DNA from: Calothrix sp. NIES-2100
GTDB taxonomy: Bacteria; Cyanobacteriota; Cyanobacteriia; Cyanobacteriales; Nostocaceae
Assembly (NCBI GenBank): GCA_002368195.1
Contig: AP018178.1
Span: 5,081,286 to 5,145,285 of the forward strand
Length of the DNA stretch: 64,000 nt
Direction of reading: 5' to 3'
Within the stretch, counting starts at the first letter, position 1; each line of letters starts with the position of its first letter. Shown piece by piece: positions 50,255 through 61,244 of the stretch. The notes under the pieces are model-generated. The model saw only the letters and a program-made list of their open reading frames with translations. It searched no databases and was not told the DNA's origin. Position numbers and translations under genes: made by a program.

Positions 50255-51322
50255 TTATTGCCAAGCTCGGTCATATTGAACCGGCCAGAGTTTATCATGT
50301 CCCAGCTGTTTAGCTGCTAGGTGCGGCCAGTAAGGATTGCGAAGTAGTTCACGTCCTAACAGCACAATATCAGCGCTTCCTGTACGAATAATTTGGTCTG
50401 CTTGTTCACCAGATGTAATTAAGCCGACTGCGCCTGTATCAATATTTGCTTCCCGGCGGATGCGTTCAGCAAATTGAGTTTGATAGCCTGGTTTCAGTGG
50501 GATGTTAATCCCCGGTATAATGCCACCTGAAGAGCAGTCAATCAAATCTACACCTAAAGACTTGAGTTTGTCACTTAAAGCAACACTTTGCTCTATATCC
50601 CAACCCTTGTCAACCCAGTCAGTAGCAGAAATCCGGACAAATAATGGATGTGTTTGTGGCCAAACTTCTCGCACGCCTTGAACGACTTCCCTTAGCAGAC
50701 GGGTACGGTTTTCAAAGCTACCACCATAATCATCTGTGCGAGTATTAGCCAAGGGTGAGAGGAACTGATGCAGCAAGTAACCATGAGCAGCATGAATTTC
50801 AATTACTTTGAAGCCAGCTGTTAAAGAACGTTTGGCTGCTTGGACAAAAGCATCTGTAACTTGTTGAATACCTTCAATAGTTAGGGCTTCAGGGATGGGG
50901 CTATCTTTACTAAAAGCGATCGCACTACTGGAAACTAAAGGTCGCCAACCCTCCTGATTTTCATCCAAGTATTTTCCGCCCTTGCTTGGTTTAGCCGTGC
51001 TGGCTTTTCTCCCCGCATGAGCGAGTTGAATCCCCGCAACAGCACCAAAATTATGAATTAATTCCACAATTTCGGCTAAATTCTCCACATGTTCATCGGA
51101 CCAAATTCCCAAATCTTGGGGGCTAATGCGTCCCCTAGCCTCTACTGCTGCTGCTTCTGTTAAGACTAAACCAGAACCGCCAACTGCACGAGAAGCTAGA
51201 TGTACCTTGTGCCATTCATTAGCATAACCATTAGTACTGGAATATTGACACATCGGTGAAACCGCAATGCGGTTACGAAAGGTAACTTCACGAATCCTGA
51301 ATGCTTCAAACAGGTGTGCCAT
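50255..51322 (-). CDS. NADH:flavin oxidoreductase, Old Yellow Enzyme family (alkene reductase)
   Basis: 'FRNRIAVSPMCQY', 'HAAHGYLLHQFLSP' and 'RTDDYGGS' are OYE signatures. Confidence 0.85.
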   Translation of the reverse strand: MAHLFEAFRIREVTFRNRIAVSPMCQYSSTNGYANEWHKVHLASRAVGGSGLVLTEAAAVEARGRISPQDLGIWSDEHVENLAEIVELIHNFGAVAGIQLAHAGRKASTAKPSKGGKYLDENQEGWRPLVSSSAIAFSKDSPIPEALTIEGIQQVTDAFVQAAKRSLTAGFKVIEIHAAHGYLLHQFLSPLANTRTDDYGGSFENRTRLLREVVQGVREVWPQTHPLFVRISATDWVDKGWDIEQSVALSDKLKSLGVDLIDCSSGGIIPGINIPLKPGYQTQFAERIRREANIDTGAVGLITSGEQADQIIRTGSADIVLLGRELLRNPYWPHLAAKQLGHDKLWPVQYDRAWQ

Positions 51323-51901
51323 TGTTATAGATTCCTTCTCTTGGTAGGTGAAAGAAATTAGTAATAGAGTTACGCAGTAAATTCACATTAGCTGAAACGT
51401 CTATAGATAGATGTTTTCCTAAACACACTGAAGTTGGGAAGCAAAGCAACAATCAACAGGATCGCATTGCTACATTCCACAGTTGTAAGTGCCAAGAAAA
51501 TCATCAATTACATCACATGTGTAGTTAGTAGTTATGTCAGCCAGACTCAAACAGCTTTCGATATTTGATACCAAGTTGAAGATGCAGATTTGGTTTAAGA
51601 GGTCAGCTATGTGCCTGTCTAAATCAAGAATCAGCATCCCTGCTAATAAACTCATCAAATGAGTTTCATATATTCAAAGTATGACAAAAGCAAAGAGGAA
51701 CAGACAATTAGAAAGACAAAATTGCGATCGCGCCAGTAAGATGATATTGACCGCATTTTGTCACATGAGAGTGGGCACTTAAGCAAAGTTAAACTCGTCA
51801 CCATTACACATCATAGATACATCTGGGTTAACAGTGCTGTAAAACCAGGAAGATTCTCAAAAAAACAATTAAAATGTGCCACTTAATTTGAGGAGAGTAA
51901 C

Positions 51902-52291
51902 GTGAAAACAGCAGTAATTGTCAAAACATTAATTGCATCGCTAGGTTTTTTGAGTTTGTTTACCCCAAATCAGGCTGGGGCGCAACTAATACCACAACCT
52001 TGGGTGTCAGTGGGTGGGAATGATGGCGATGTCACCTATGCGGTGGGAGCTAGAGCTTTAAATTTAGGTGTGGAAGTAGGCGCAGGCCCCAACGGTTCTA
52101 CAGGAGTAGATGTTTTGAAATTTCTCAATTTACCAGTTATATCACCTTATGTGGGACTAGGATATTACTCAGAAGATAAAGGTGTTGCGGTTTCTGGTGG
52201 TGTTCAGGTGGGTGCTACCGATCATGTTTTTGTTGGTGCAGGTTACAATTCTGTTCGTGGTTTCAATGGACAACTAGGAGTAAGATTCTAA
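51902..52291 (+). CDS. Small secreted Gly-rich hypothetical protein (possible small beta-barrel)
   Basis: Signal peptide 'SLFTPNQAGAQ'. Alternating G/V-rich beta-strand-like segments. The C-terminal residue is F. Confidence 0.45.
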   Translation: MKTAVIVKTLIASLGFLSLFTPNQAGAQLIPQPWVSVGGNDGDVTYAVGARALNLGVEVGAGPNGSTGVDVLKFLNLPVISPYVGLGYYSEDKGVAVSGGVQVGATDHVFVGAGYNSVRGFNGQLGVRF

Positions 52292-52402
52292 TTTCTACAA
52301 CAAAAGTATTCTGGAAGTGGAAAGCATGTTACAAGCGATCGCTAATCTCAACCCCCTAGCAAGTCGAAAATTTGCCACCCTCTGTGTACCTGAAAATTAA
52401 TG

Positions 52403-52645
52403 CTATCTTTCGAGTTGTTCAATGCCAATGATTTCGCGATCGCCTGCAATTTCTTTGTGGGTATGAAATGTGAAATGTCGATGCTGTCCGACTTTTTGCC
52501 ACTCTTGTTGTAACGCTGCGTGCGGATATTTGCCACTGTTGAGCATTTCCAACATTCGCGGCCAATTTAGTTGAATACTGTGGATATCTCCAATAAAAAC
52601 TTTCAAGCGACCAATGTTAGCGATCGCGTAAATCCCAGAAGCCAT
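52403..52645 (-). CDS. Stand-alone GIY-YIG nuclease-family small protein
   Basis: N-terminal 'GIYAIANI...KVFIGDI' GIY...(Y/F)IG motif. 80 aa. Confidence 0.5.
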   Translation of the reverse strand: MASGIYAIANIGRLKVFIGDIHSIQLNWPRMLEMLNSGKYPHAALQQEWQKVGQHRHFTFHTHKEIAGDREIIGIEQLER

Positions 52646-52794
52646 GAATACATCTCTCTTGAAAATAGGGGCTAGGGGAACCAGGACTAGGGAAGAAAGA
52701 TTTTCCTACCCTCGTTGTCTGATTGATCACATGACCATCTAACTTGAAAATAGGGATTAGGGGGGCAATCAGGACAAATGCCCCATTCCCAAAG

Positions 52795-54864
52795 CTACCC
52801 TTCTAGCGATCGCTTATATACTGGTTTTCTTTGGGAATCATAGATAGCCAAGGACAAGTTCGCATTGTCACTGATGACTCCTAGAGCTTGCTGCAAAAGT
52901 TCCAAGTGCTTATTCCCGTTAGTAATTATGTTTGGTTTTCCTGGTAGATTAGGAGGTAAATTACTTTGCCGTGCTAGGTCATATTCACGGGTTAATTGCA
53001 CAGTAATCTCTTGATTATTGATGATAAAAGTACAAATCCGCATTCCCTCAGTGCAAACTTTATTCAGATCTGTACGGGTTTGTTGCAACCTATTCGCAAT
53101 TTCTAGTTTTGCTTGTGCTTGTTTGAGTGTGGCAGAGTATGGTTCTATTAAAGATTGAGCCTGACGGTATTGAAAGCTATTCTCGGCAATTTGTTTGGCA
53201 GACTGTACAGCTAATTCCCATTGGGCTACAGCCGCCTGCCATTGTTGCTTTTGCTCATATGTCTTGGCAAGCTTTGCAGCGTTGATTGCTTGTTGGTAAG
53301 TTTTGCTAGCTAATAGTTCTTTTGTGGCGCGATTGGTTGCTGCTGCCAGTTTTGGTTTGTATTCTATCAACAGTTGTTGTGCTTCTGGGTATGCAGAGCT
53401 AGTCTGGGGTACGATATTCAAAGCATTAACTGCTACCTGCCAAGTAGACTGAACTTTTTGTAAGTCCTTTAAGGATTTGGTTGTTGTTTCTTGCCCTGAG
53501 GCGGCATTGGCTACAGCTTTAGCAGCTTCGACTTTCTTTAACCATTTTTCTGCTACGAGTAATTGCTGGTTAATACTGTTTAATCCGGCACGATAAACCA
53601 GTAATTGTCCTTGTGCTAGATTGTACAATTCGCTATTGGCTGCGATCGCTTCTAATGGTGCGATCGCCCGTCGCCACAGTTTTTGTCTAGCTTGCAATTC
53701 CTCTAAGTTAGTAGTAGGCAATTTAGATTTCCTCATCGCCAAAGATCCTGCTTGCAAAGCCTTGACTACCTGATCGATTTTTTCCACCGTTCCAGATAAA
53801 CTTGCTTGTAGCTCCTCGATTTTTTGGTGATGAATAGACCAAGGTGGGATCTGTGATAATTCTAAAGTTGATGCTTCTATTTGCTGTTGCACCGATAATA
53901 ATTGTTTTTCCGATTTAGCTTGGTGCATCAATCGTCTAGATTCTGTTTTCAATTGCTCAGCATTTTGTATTGCCTGACACTGTGATATTAAACAAGGATT
54001 AGTCAGTAAATAAGTTCCGGAACCTAACAAAACAATTCCGACACACACTACACCCAACAAAATCGCTTTAATTGGTTTTGCTGGCTTAGAAATCAACAAA
54101 TCTGGCCCGCCTGCGAAGGGGTCAAAGGCTTCTTCTTCAGAGTCATCGCTCTTTGGAGTTGTGGAGACACCAGGCGTGAATGCTGAATCAGTCTCATCGA
54201 TAAATGAATTTGTGGAGACAGCAGGGGCGAATGGTGAATCATTCTCATCAATGAATGAATTTGTGGAGACACCAGGCGTAAATGGTGAATCATTTTCATC
54301 AATGAATGAATTTGTGGAGATACCAGGCGTGAATGCTGAATCATTCTCATCGATTGTAGCTGCTCTCATGGGGTCAGAGAATGAAGGGAAGATTAATCGA
54401 TTACCAAAGGAGTTACCCTTTGACTCGTCCAAATCACTCGCTTGTAGAGTCGGGTAGGCATTTATCTTATCGATTTCCACCCTCTGCTTAATATAGAGGG
54501 AACGTTTGCTATAAGGACGTTGTTCACCCAATACTCTCAGAAAGCATTGTACAATTTGTTCTTCTTGATCGCTTGTTAGTGACTGGATGACATCCTCAAC
54601 CAGTTGAAACAGTGTTGGAGTGTCAACTGTCAAACCTACTGGATGTTGAATGAGAATCATCAGTTCGTCATTAGTGACGGCACACTTTACTTGGAAGACT
54701 CCGCCAGATGAAACTTCGGACAGGAAGAGTTCCTGCAAAGTTTTGGTTAGCAGCTGTAAGTCATCCGGCTGAACTGCTACTTTCATAGAGGGTTCTTCTA
54801 TATTGTGTTTCTTATCTTTGAGGGTGGGAAAGGAAGGACTTTCGTTTGTTGAATGCAGATGCAC
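52795..54864 (-). CDS. Hypothetical membrane-anchored coiled-coil protein with 4x 'DENDSPFTPGVSTNSFI' repeats
   Basis: A central single TM ('AILLGVVCVGIVLLGSGTYLL'). The C-terminal ~400 aa are Q/A/L-rich and coiled-coil. Tandem 17-aa acidic repeats precede the TM. Confidence 0.5.
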   Translation of the reverse strand: MHLHSTNESPSFPTLKDKKHNIEEPSMKVAVQPDDLQLLTKTLQELFLSEVSSGGVFQVKCAVTNDELMILIQHPVGLTVDTPTLFQLVEDVIQSLTSDQEEQIVQCFLRVLGEQRPYSKRSLYIKQRVEIDKINAYPTLQASDLDESKGNSFGNRLIFPSFSDPMRAATIDENDSAFTPGISTNSFIDENDSPFTPGVSTNSFIDENDSPFAPAVSTNSFIDETDSAFTPGVSTTPKSDDSEEEAFDPFAGGPDLLISKPAKPIKAILLGVVCVGIVLLGSGTYLLTNPCLISQCQAIQNAEQLKTESRRLMHQAKSEKQLLSVQQQIEASTLELSQIPPWSIHHQKIEELQASLSGTVEKIDQVVKALQAGSLAMRKSKLPTTNLEELQARQKLWRRAIAPLEAIAANSELYNLAQGQLLVYRAGLNSINQQLLVAEKWLKKVEAAKAVANAASGQETTTKSLKDLQKVQSTWQVAVNALNIVPQTSSAYPEAQQLLIEYKPKLAAATNRATKELLASKTYQQAINAAKLAKTYEQKQQWQAAVAQWELAVQSAKQIAENSFQYRQAQSLIEPYSATLKQAQAKLEIANRLQQTRTDLNKVCTEGMRICTFIINNQEITVQLTREYDLARQSNLPPNLPGKPNIITNGNKHLELLQQALGVISDNANLSLAIYDSQRKPVYKRSLEG

Positions 54865-55397
54865 AGTTTAAGCAACCAGAGCCAGATAATCAGATTGACC
54901 AACTTTCTAACACAACTTCTGACTTTTGAGCAAAAATCCACCGGACTGGAATTATCTGCGGCTGCTAAGTTGGCTACTGCTAAAAGTAATATTTGACAAT
55001 CGTGCTTAAAGTAGAAATTACAGCAGAAAAATGGGCATAATAAAATTTTTGGACATTCTCCCTCACTGCGCGGGTCATTTGTAGGGCAAAACCATTGCTA
55101 AACCTCTACTACTAACAAAATCTCCACCCACAAGGGAATGGAGATTTTTCCAGTAGACTGAAAATAATCATAAATATGGTGGTTCGCTGACAACCTAGAA
55201 AATTTACTGAGGAGATTGATGACATCTTGTTGAGTGACCACCGAATTTTTGGTTGGGAAATTTAATTTACCTTACTGGCTGAATTAGATAAAATTGAACG
55301 ATGAAAAATAAATTTTTATAGCTTAGGACTTAAGCCAGAACTTTATTCACAACAATACTCACAGCAATACTTTGCAAATAATGTCGCTACCAGGTGC

Positions 55398-56630
55398 GTG
55401 TTCATGGATTTATTAGAATACCAAGTTAAAGAATGGTTTGGGAAAATAGGCATTCCTGTATTACCCTCTCAACGAATTGACCATCCCACAGATCTCAAGC
55501 GGTTAAAAATTCGCTATCCCGTAGTCCTCAAATCCCAAGTCCATGCAGCTGAACGGGCTAAAGCTGGTGGAGTTAGGATTGTCGAAACAACAATTGATGC
55601 GATCGCCGCTGCACAATCAATCTTCAATTTGCCAATTTGGGGCGAGTTACCAGAGGTTGTGCTGGCAGAATCAAAATATGATGCTAAGCAAGAATTATAT
55701 TTAGCAGTGGTTTTAGATACCGCTGTTTGCCGACCAGTACTTTTAGGCTGCAAGGAAGCAGATATTGATTGGGAATCGGCAGGAGAAAAAATGCAGTATG
55801 TTGTTGTCAAACAGGAATTTTCTCCATTTTATGCCCGCCGACTAGCTTTGAAACTAGGTTTAGAGGGCACGCTAATGCAATCGATTAGCGATGTTATAGA
55901 AAAGATGTATCAGCTATTTATGCAAAAAGACTTAGACTTAGTAGAAATTAATCCCCTAGCAATCAGTGCCTCCGGTCAAGTCATGGCGCTGAATGGTAAA
56001 GTGAGAGTCAATCAACGGGCGATTGGTCGTCATCCAGAAATCGCCCAAATGGCAGCAAAAATAGTCAAAACTAATGGTCATAGTCAGACTAATGGGCATT
56101 TGGGCAAATGGGATAACTTAGAAATGCACGGTAAAATCGGCATTCTGGGTAATGGTACTGGTTCGGTATTGGCAACTTTAGATTTAGTCGTCAATGCTGG
56201 AGGTAAGCCTGGTCTGTGCTTGAATTTACGCCATGCTTTTTTAAGTGATACTGCCCAGACTACATTCTGCGATCGCTTAGATACAAGTTTGAAAATCTTG
56301 GCTGCTGATAAAACTGTACAAGTGATCTTGATCAATCTCTTGGGTAGTATTCCCGAATCTACAGAATTTGCGGAAATTCTCAGCAGATTTCTCCAACAAG
56401 ACAAAAGTGCAGTTCAACCGCAGGCTGTACGTACAAATGGTAACAAAAACCGTCGTGAAGGCGGTTTCCCGCGCTTAGTAGTTCGTCTTGCTGGTTCTGA
56501 GTTCAACGCCGCTAGAAAATATTTAGCCACACTTAAAAGCCAAGGCGATACCCTGATATTAGTAGAAAATTTAGATGAGGCAGTGGCCGAATCAGTCCGT
56601 CTGGCAAAGTTAACTACTTATAAAAGGTAA
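55398..56630 (+). CDS. sucC: Succinyl-CoA synthetase beta subunit (ATP-grasp)
   Basis: 'LLEYQVKEWFGKIGIPV' resembles the SucC N-terminus, and 'KSQVHAAERAKAGGVRIV' resembles 'KCQVHAGGRGKAGGVKVV'. The ~400-aa length is typical of SucC. Confidence 0.7.
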   Translation: MFMDLLEYQVKEWFGKIGIPVLPSQRIDHPTDLKRLKIRYPVVLKSQVHAAERAKAGGVRIVETTIDAIAAAQSIFNLPIWGELPEVVLAESKYDAKQELYLAVVLDTAVCRPVLLGCKEADIDWESAGEKMQYVVVKQEFSPFYARRLALKLGLEGTLMQSISDVIEKMYQLFMQKDLDLVEINPLAISASGQVMALNGKVRVNQRAIGRHPEIAQMAAKIVKTNGHSQTNGHLGKWDNLEMHGKIGILGNGTGSVLATLDLVVNAGGKPGLCLNLRHAFLSDTAQTTFCDRLDTSLKILAADKTVQVILINLLGSIPESTEFAEILSRFLQQDKSAVQPQAVRTNGNKNRREGGFPRLVVRLAGSEFNAARKYLATLKSQGDTLILVENLDEAVAESVRLAKLTTYKR

Positions 56631-56977
56631 TAAAATTTTACCTTGCAAGTAAAAATCCCCGAAATGAATACAGGCGTTCAAATGTTGGTTGAATAAGTAT
56701 TGCGATCGCAAATAATCTGTATAGATTTCTGCCTCAGCACTGTGGGAAAAGAGGCGGAAAATTTCCCAATTATTGAGCGACTTGAAAAGTAGTGGCAATA
56801 AGTTAATGTGATCTACAATACTTATTTGACATTTTCCCAGCATAAACTAGATTTAATCAGTTTTTTCTGACAATATTTGTAAAATATAGTCAAAATTGCA
56901 TCATGTAACACTATGCATATCTCAATCTCTTCCCTGTAACTTATGGTACAGGGATGCCAAAATTACCTTAATTTTTT

Positions 56978-57859
56978 ATGAACTTAACGACAGACAGTAA
57001 AGTGTTAATCCAAGGGTTCAGTGAATTTATCTCAGCAACTCATATTACGCAAATGAAAGCTTATGGTACTAATTTAGTTGCTGGTGTAAATCCTGGATTT
57101 GGTGGACAACAACTGTACGATCTTCCAGTCTTCGATTTGGTTGAGGAAGTGGTAGCACAGTTTGGGACAATTGACACAACAATTATATGTGTCAACCCTT
57201 ACCAAGTGCTAGATGCAGCATTGGAAGCGATCGCCTCTAATATTCGCCAGATTATCATCATTTCCGCTGGCGTGCCTCCTTTAGATATGGTGCAATTACT
57301 GCGTAAAGCCGAGGCTTGTGAAACGCTGGTGGTCGGCCCTAATAGTCCGGGGATCATTGTTCCTGGGAAAATTCTCTTAGGTACTCATCCTGGTGAATTT
57401 TATACCCCTGGTAATGTGGGTATTGTCAGTCGCAGCAGTACTCTCACCTACGAAGTTGCTTGGGAATTAACCAAAGCTGGTTTAGGGCAATCAATTAGTG
57501 TGAGTATTGGTAGTGACACGATTGTTGGTTCCTCGTTTTTGCAATGGCTGCAAATTCTTGATGAGGATGAAACTACACAAGCAATTGTCTTAGTAGGTCA
57601 ACCAGGTGGCGGTAGTGAAGAAGCGGCGGCGCGCTACATTACCGAAGCCATTGATAAACCAGTAATTGCCTATATTGCAGGTAAACATGCACCACCAGGA
57701 AAACATTGGCGGCAAACTGGCACTTTAGCAACCATTATCGGCCGCGATCCTAACTTTGGTACAGCACAAAATAAATTAGTTGCTTTCCAAGAAGCACAAG
57801 TTCCAGTAGCCGAACGTCCTTCCCAAATTCCCGAATTGGTGAAAAAAGGAATGATATAA
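56978..57859 (+). CDS. sucD: Succinyl-CoA synthetase alpha subunit (CoA-binding)
   Basis: 'KVLIQGFSEFISATHITQMKAYGTNLVAGVNPGFGGQ' matches the SucD N-terminus. 293 aa. Confidence 0.7.
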   Translation: MNLTTDSKVLIQGFSEFISATHITQMKAYGTNLVAGVNPGFGGQQLYDLPVFDLVEEVVAQFGTIDTTIICVNPYQVLDAALEAIASNIRQIIIISAGVPPLDMVQLLRKAEACETLVVGPNSPGIIVPGKILLGTHPGEFYTPGNVGIVSRSSTLTYEVAWELTKAGLGQSISVSIGSDTIVGSSFLQWLQILDEDETTQAIVLVGQPGGGSEEAAARYITEAIDKPVIAYIAGKHAPPGKHWRQTGTLATIIGRDPNFGTAQNKLVAFQEAQVPVAERPSQIPELVKKGMI

Positions 57860-57939
57860 TATCATGTCAATGGTCAATGGTAAACCTTTCTGGTGCGTCG
57901 GCTGCGCTCAGGGTACATGGTCAAGAAATTTTAGACTAT

Positions 57940-57971
57940 GGACTGTTGACTGTTGACTGTTGACTGTTGAC
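57940..57971. repeat. Heptamer tandem repeat (GACTGTT)x4 immediately downstream of the rel/spoT stop
   Basis: gactgttgactgttgactgttgactgttgacc. Confidence 0.9.
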
Positions 57972-60242
57972 CTACTCGTCAATCTGACCAACACGACGAA
58001 TATTGAGAATGTCGCTCATTTTTTTGATTTGGATAAACACTTGTTCTAGTTGTGGGCGATCGCGTATATCTATACCCAAGTCCATTAACGCTGGTTGTCC
58101 AATCGCTGTTTTCACTTGCGCATAGCGAACATTGATCCCCTGGTCGCTTAACCGAGATAAAATATCTTTTAAAACGCCTACGCGGTCAAGTGCTTCAATC
58201 TGAATATTCACCGGGTAAGTATGAGGACGGGAACTATGTTCGGCTGCTGGGTTCCAGCGTACTGGTACTAGGCGTTCATACTCTACACTTTCGAGATTAT
58301 GACACCCTTGGCGGTGAATGGAAATTCCCTTGCCGCGTGTGACTACACCAATGATCGGTTCACCAGGAATTGGGGTACAACACCCAGCCAGATGATACAC
58401 CAAACCTTCTACCCCAACAATTGGCGAATCACTAGCGCGGGAAGTTGTCGGCGCTTCTCGTAAAGCTTTTGCTGCTGCTGCTGACTCTTTTGGTAGAAAT
58501 GGCTGGACGACAGCAAGCGGTTGTTGGCCTTTGACTACCTCTCGCCAACGGTTCAGCACCAAATTCAGGGTGATTTCACCGTAACCTAAACCGCCGAGTA
58601 AATCTTCCACACTATGGTAATTACATTTTTCGGCGACACTCTGCATTGCATCTGATTTCAGCAGACTATCAAAACCAGTTTTACCCAGTTCTTTTTCTAG
58701 TAATTCCCGACCACGGGCAATATTTTCTTCCCGGCGCGATCGCTTGTACCATTGTTTAATCCGATATTTGGCGGCGGAGGTTCTGACAAAGTTCAACCAA
58801 TCCAAACTGGGATGGCTGTTCTTTTGGGTCATAATTTCCACAATATCCCCATTTTGCAATCGGGTTGATAGTGGAACCATGCGCCCATTTACTTTGGTTC
58901 CTGCACAGTGGTTTCCTACTTCTGTATGAATGCGATAAGCAAAATCTATACTAGTAGAACCGGGACTTAAAGGGACAACATCTCCTTTCGGGGTGAAGAC
59001 ATAAACATCATCTTCAAATAAATTATCTTTGACGCTATCTAAATACTCTTGCGCATCTTTTAAGTCACTTTGCCATTCTAGTAACTGGCGTAACCAAGTA
59101 AATTTTTCATCTGTTGTCGTTAAATGGCTAGTGTTAGAACCACCAGTTTCTTTATATTTCCAATGAGCTGCAATTCCGTACTCCGCAATATGGTGCATTT
59201 CCATTGTGCGAATTTGCACTTCTAAAGGACGACCAGTCAGCCCAATTACGCCAGTATGTAATGATTGGTAACGGTTCGGTTTTGGTAGACCAATGTAATC
59301 TTTGAATCTACCAGGAATTGGGCGAAAGGCATCATGAACCACTGCTAAAGCACGGTAGCATTCCTCATTAGTCTCAACAATAATCCGCAACGCTGCTAAA
59401 TCATAAATTTCATGAAATTCTTTTTGCTGTCGTTGCATTTTCTGGTAAATACTATATAGGTGCTTGGGACGGCCGCTAATATCGAGGCATTTAATCCCAG
59501 CTTGTTGCAAGCGATCGCGCAAAATTGCTGTAGCCTTTGCCAATTTTTCTTCCCGCGATGTTCTTTTTTCTGAAACATGCTGTTGAATTTGGCGAAAAGC
59601 ATCTGGCTCTAAATACTTAAACGATAAATCTTCTAGTTCCCATTTTAAATGCCAGATCCCCAAACGATTTGCTAAGGGAGCAAAAATATCTCGTGTTTCT
59701 TGAGCAATACGGCGGCGTTTTTCCTCTGGCATAAATTGTAAAGTTCGCATATTATGCAAACGGTCTGCCAACTTCACTACAATGACTCGAATATCCTGTG
59801 CCATTGCTAAAAACATCCGCCGAAAGTTTTCTGCTTGACTTTCAGTTTTACTTTTGAAATTTATTTTAGAAAGCTTGGTAACACCTTCAACTAATTGCCT
59901 GACTTCTGCTCCAAAAAGCTCTTCTATTTGTTCAATTGTGATATCTGTATCTTCGACTACATCATGGAGAAATCCAGCTGCTATCATAGCAGGACTACCG
60001 CCTAAATCACGCAGTAATCCAGCTACGGCGACAGGATGACAAATGTATGGTTCGCCGGATTTCCGGTATTGTCCTTGATGCAGTTGATAAGCAAATTCAA
60101 ATGCTCGACAGATTAAATTTGCATCATGATACCTTCGGTCATTTTCTGCTTCGCTGCTACTTACCGAAGATTGGATTAAGCATTTCTTAAGCCACTCCGG
60201 AAGTGGAACATCAATTGCGGTATTGAGAACTATGGTGCTCAT
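57972..60242 (-). CDS. spoT: Bifunctional (p)ppGpp synthetase/hydrolase (RelA/SpoT homologue)
   Basis: HD hydrolase 'HDVVEDT', a synthetase domain, TGS, and a C-terminal ACT. 756 aa. Confidence 0.9.
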   Translation of the reverse strand: MSTIVLNTAIDVPLPEWLKKCLIQSSVSSSEAENDRRYHDANLICRAFEFAYQLHQGQYRKSGEPYICHPVAVAGLLRDLGGSPAMIAAGFLHDVVEDTDITIEQIEELFGAEVRQLVEGVTKLSKINFKSKTESQAENFRRMFLAMAQDIRVIVVKLADRLHNMRTLQFMPEEKRRRIAQETRDIFAPLANRLGIWHLKWELEDLSFKYLEPDAFRQIQQHVSEKRTSREEKLAKATAILRDRLQQAGIKCLDISGRPKHLYSIYQKMQRQQKEFHEIYDLAALRIIVETNEECYRALAVVHDAFRPIPGRFKDYIGLPKPNRYQSLHTGVIGLTGRPLEVQIRTMEMHHIAEYGIAAHWKYKETGGSNTSHLTTTDEKFTWLRQLLEWQSDLKDAQEYLDSVKDNLFEDDVYVFTPKGDVVPLSPGSTSIDFAYRIHTEVGNHCAGTKVNGRMVPLSTRLQNGDIVEIMTQKNSHPSLDWLNFVRTSAAKYRIKQWYKRSRREENIARGRELLEKELGKTGFDSLLKSDAMQSVAEKCNYHSVEDLLGGLGYGEITLNLVLNRWREVVKGQQPLAVVQPFLPKESAAAAKALREAPTTSRASDSPIVGVEGLVYHLAGCCTPIPGEPIIGVVTRGKGISIHRQGCHNLESVEYERLVPVRWNPAAEHSSRPHTYPVNIQIEALDRVGVLKDILSRLSDQGINVRYAQVKTAIGQPALMDLGIDIRDRPQLEQVFIQIKKMSDILNIRRVGQIDE

Positions 60243-60538
60243 ACAAAGGGGACTAGAGGTGATCTGTGGATAAGTTCAAATATGGACAAAAATCACAGCA
60301 TCGCCGATAGCAAATGCTGTTGCCCAAAGGCTAGTTAATCAAGTCAGATGAATTTGATGCCTGTATTGCCTATGGTAATCATCCAGTGCTTGTTTCTCGG
60401 TTCATCATCCCAAAAATATATTGCTGGCAAATGAAGCCTCAAAGCATGATTTGAGGCTTCTAGTTCTAAAAAGAGCTTAAGAAAGTTTATTGTAGAAAAA
60501 AAATTGCTTGACATTAATACTATCTTAACTAGCACTGG

Positions 60539-60892
60539 ATGTCTCTAAATACAGATAAATATCAGGTATTGGCTAGCTTTCTAGAGGAATTCCGCTCTGA
60601 TGCTACAAACACCCAACTTGATGGCAATCAACTGCGACAGCGTTTAGCCTCCTTAAAACAATTGTTTGTACAGCAGATTGTACCTTTAACTGAGGCAGAC
60701 TCGCGGGAGCAGTCTTATCGGACAGAGATGAGTAAGCAGCTGCGGCTGTTGGAAATTGACGTTATGTTTTTCCAAGGTGCAAGGCAGGTATCAACTGCAC
60801 AAGCTAGGCTGCAAACAATTAGCGATCGCTTGACGACTCTCATCCGATATTGTGATGCTATCCTGCGACGAGAAGAAATGGGGGAACAATAA
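60539..60892 (+). CDS. Hypothetical small protein (117 aa); possibly the PatD-like family of heterocystous cyanobacteria
   Basis: ORF with good coding composition. The family assignment rests only on recollection of the size and context of PatD-like proteins, not on motif recognition. Confidence 0.35.
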   Translation: MSLNTDKYQVLASFLEEFRSDATNTQLDGNQLRQRLASLKQLFVQQIVPLTEADSREQSYRTEMSKQLRLLEIDVMFFQGARQVSTAQARLQTISDRLTTLIRYCDAILRREEMGEQ

Positions 60893-61244
60893 TTATTAAT
60901 CCCTTGTTTCTGTGTTTCTTTATCATCCCACCTAAATCTGATTGTTGACAGCTATTTTCGCAACAAGTTCTACAATCATTTATCTTCTAGCTGAACTTGT
61001 GCGATCCCAACGCTTCCCTTGGCAGAGTCCCGAATGAGAACAGCGGCAAAAATTACCCAAAATTTTGATCCCCAAAGATATGATTTTCTGATGCTCAAAA
61101 TCGGAAATTCTTATGCGCAAAGGTTTTAATCAATTGCACACCTCACTCAAAAAAACTTCTTTGGGCAGATAATATTTTTCTCTGTTCAGAGATATTATAT
61201 AAAACTAAATTTTATTGGACTTTCGCAAAAAACCTCTCCAACTC

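Noticed and set aside
54093-54457. ORFs 54093..54350(-) and 54161..54457(+) with repeated peptides
   Set aside because: They overlap the DENDSPFTPG repeat region of the 689-aa gene, so they are repeat-induced shadow frames.
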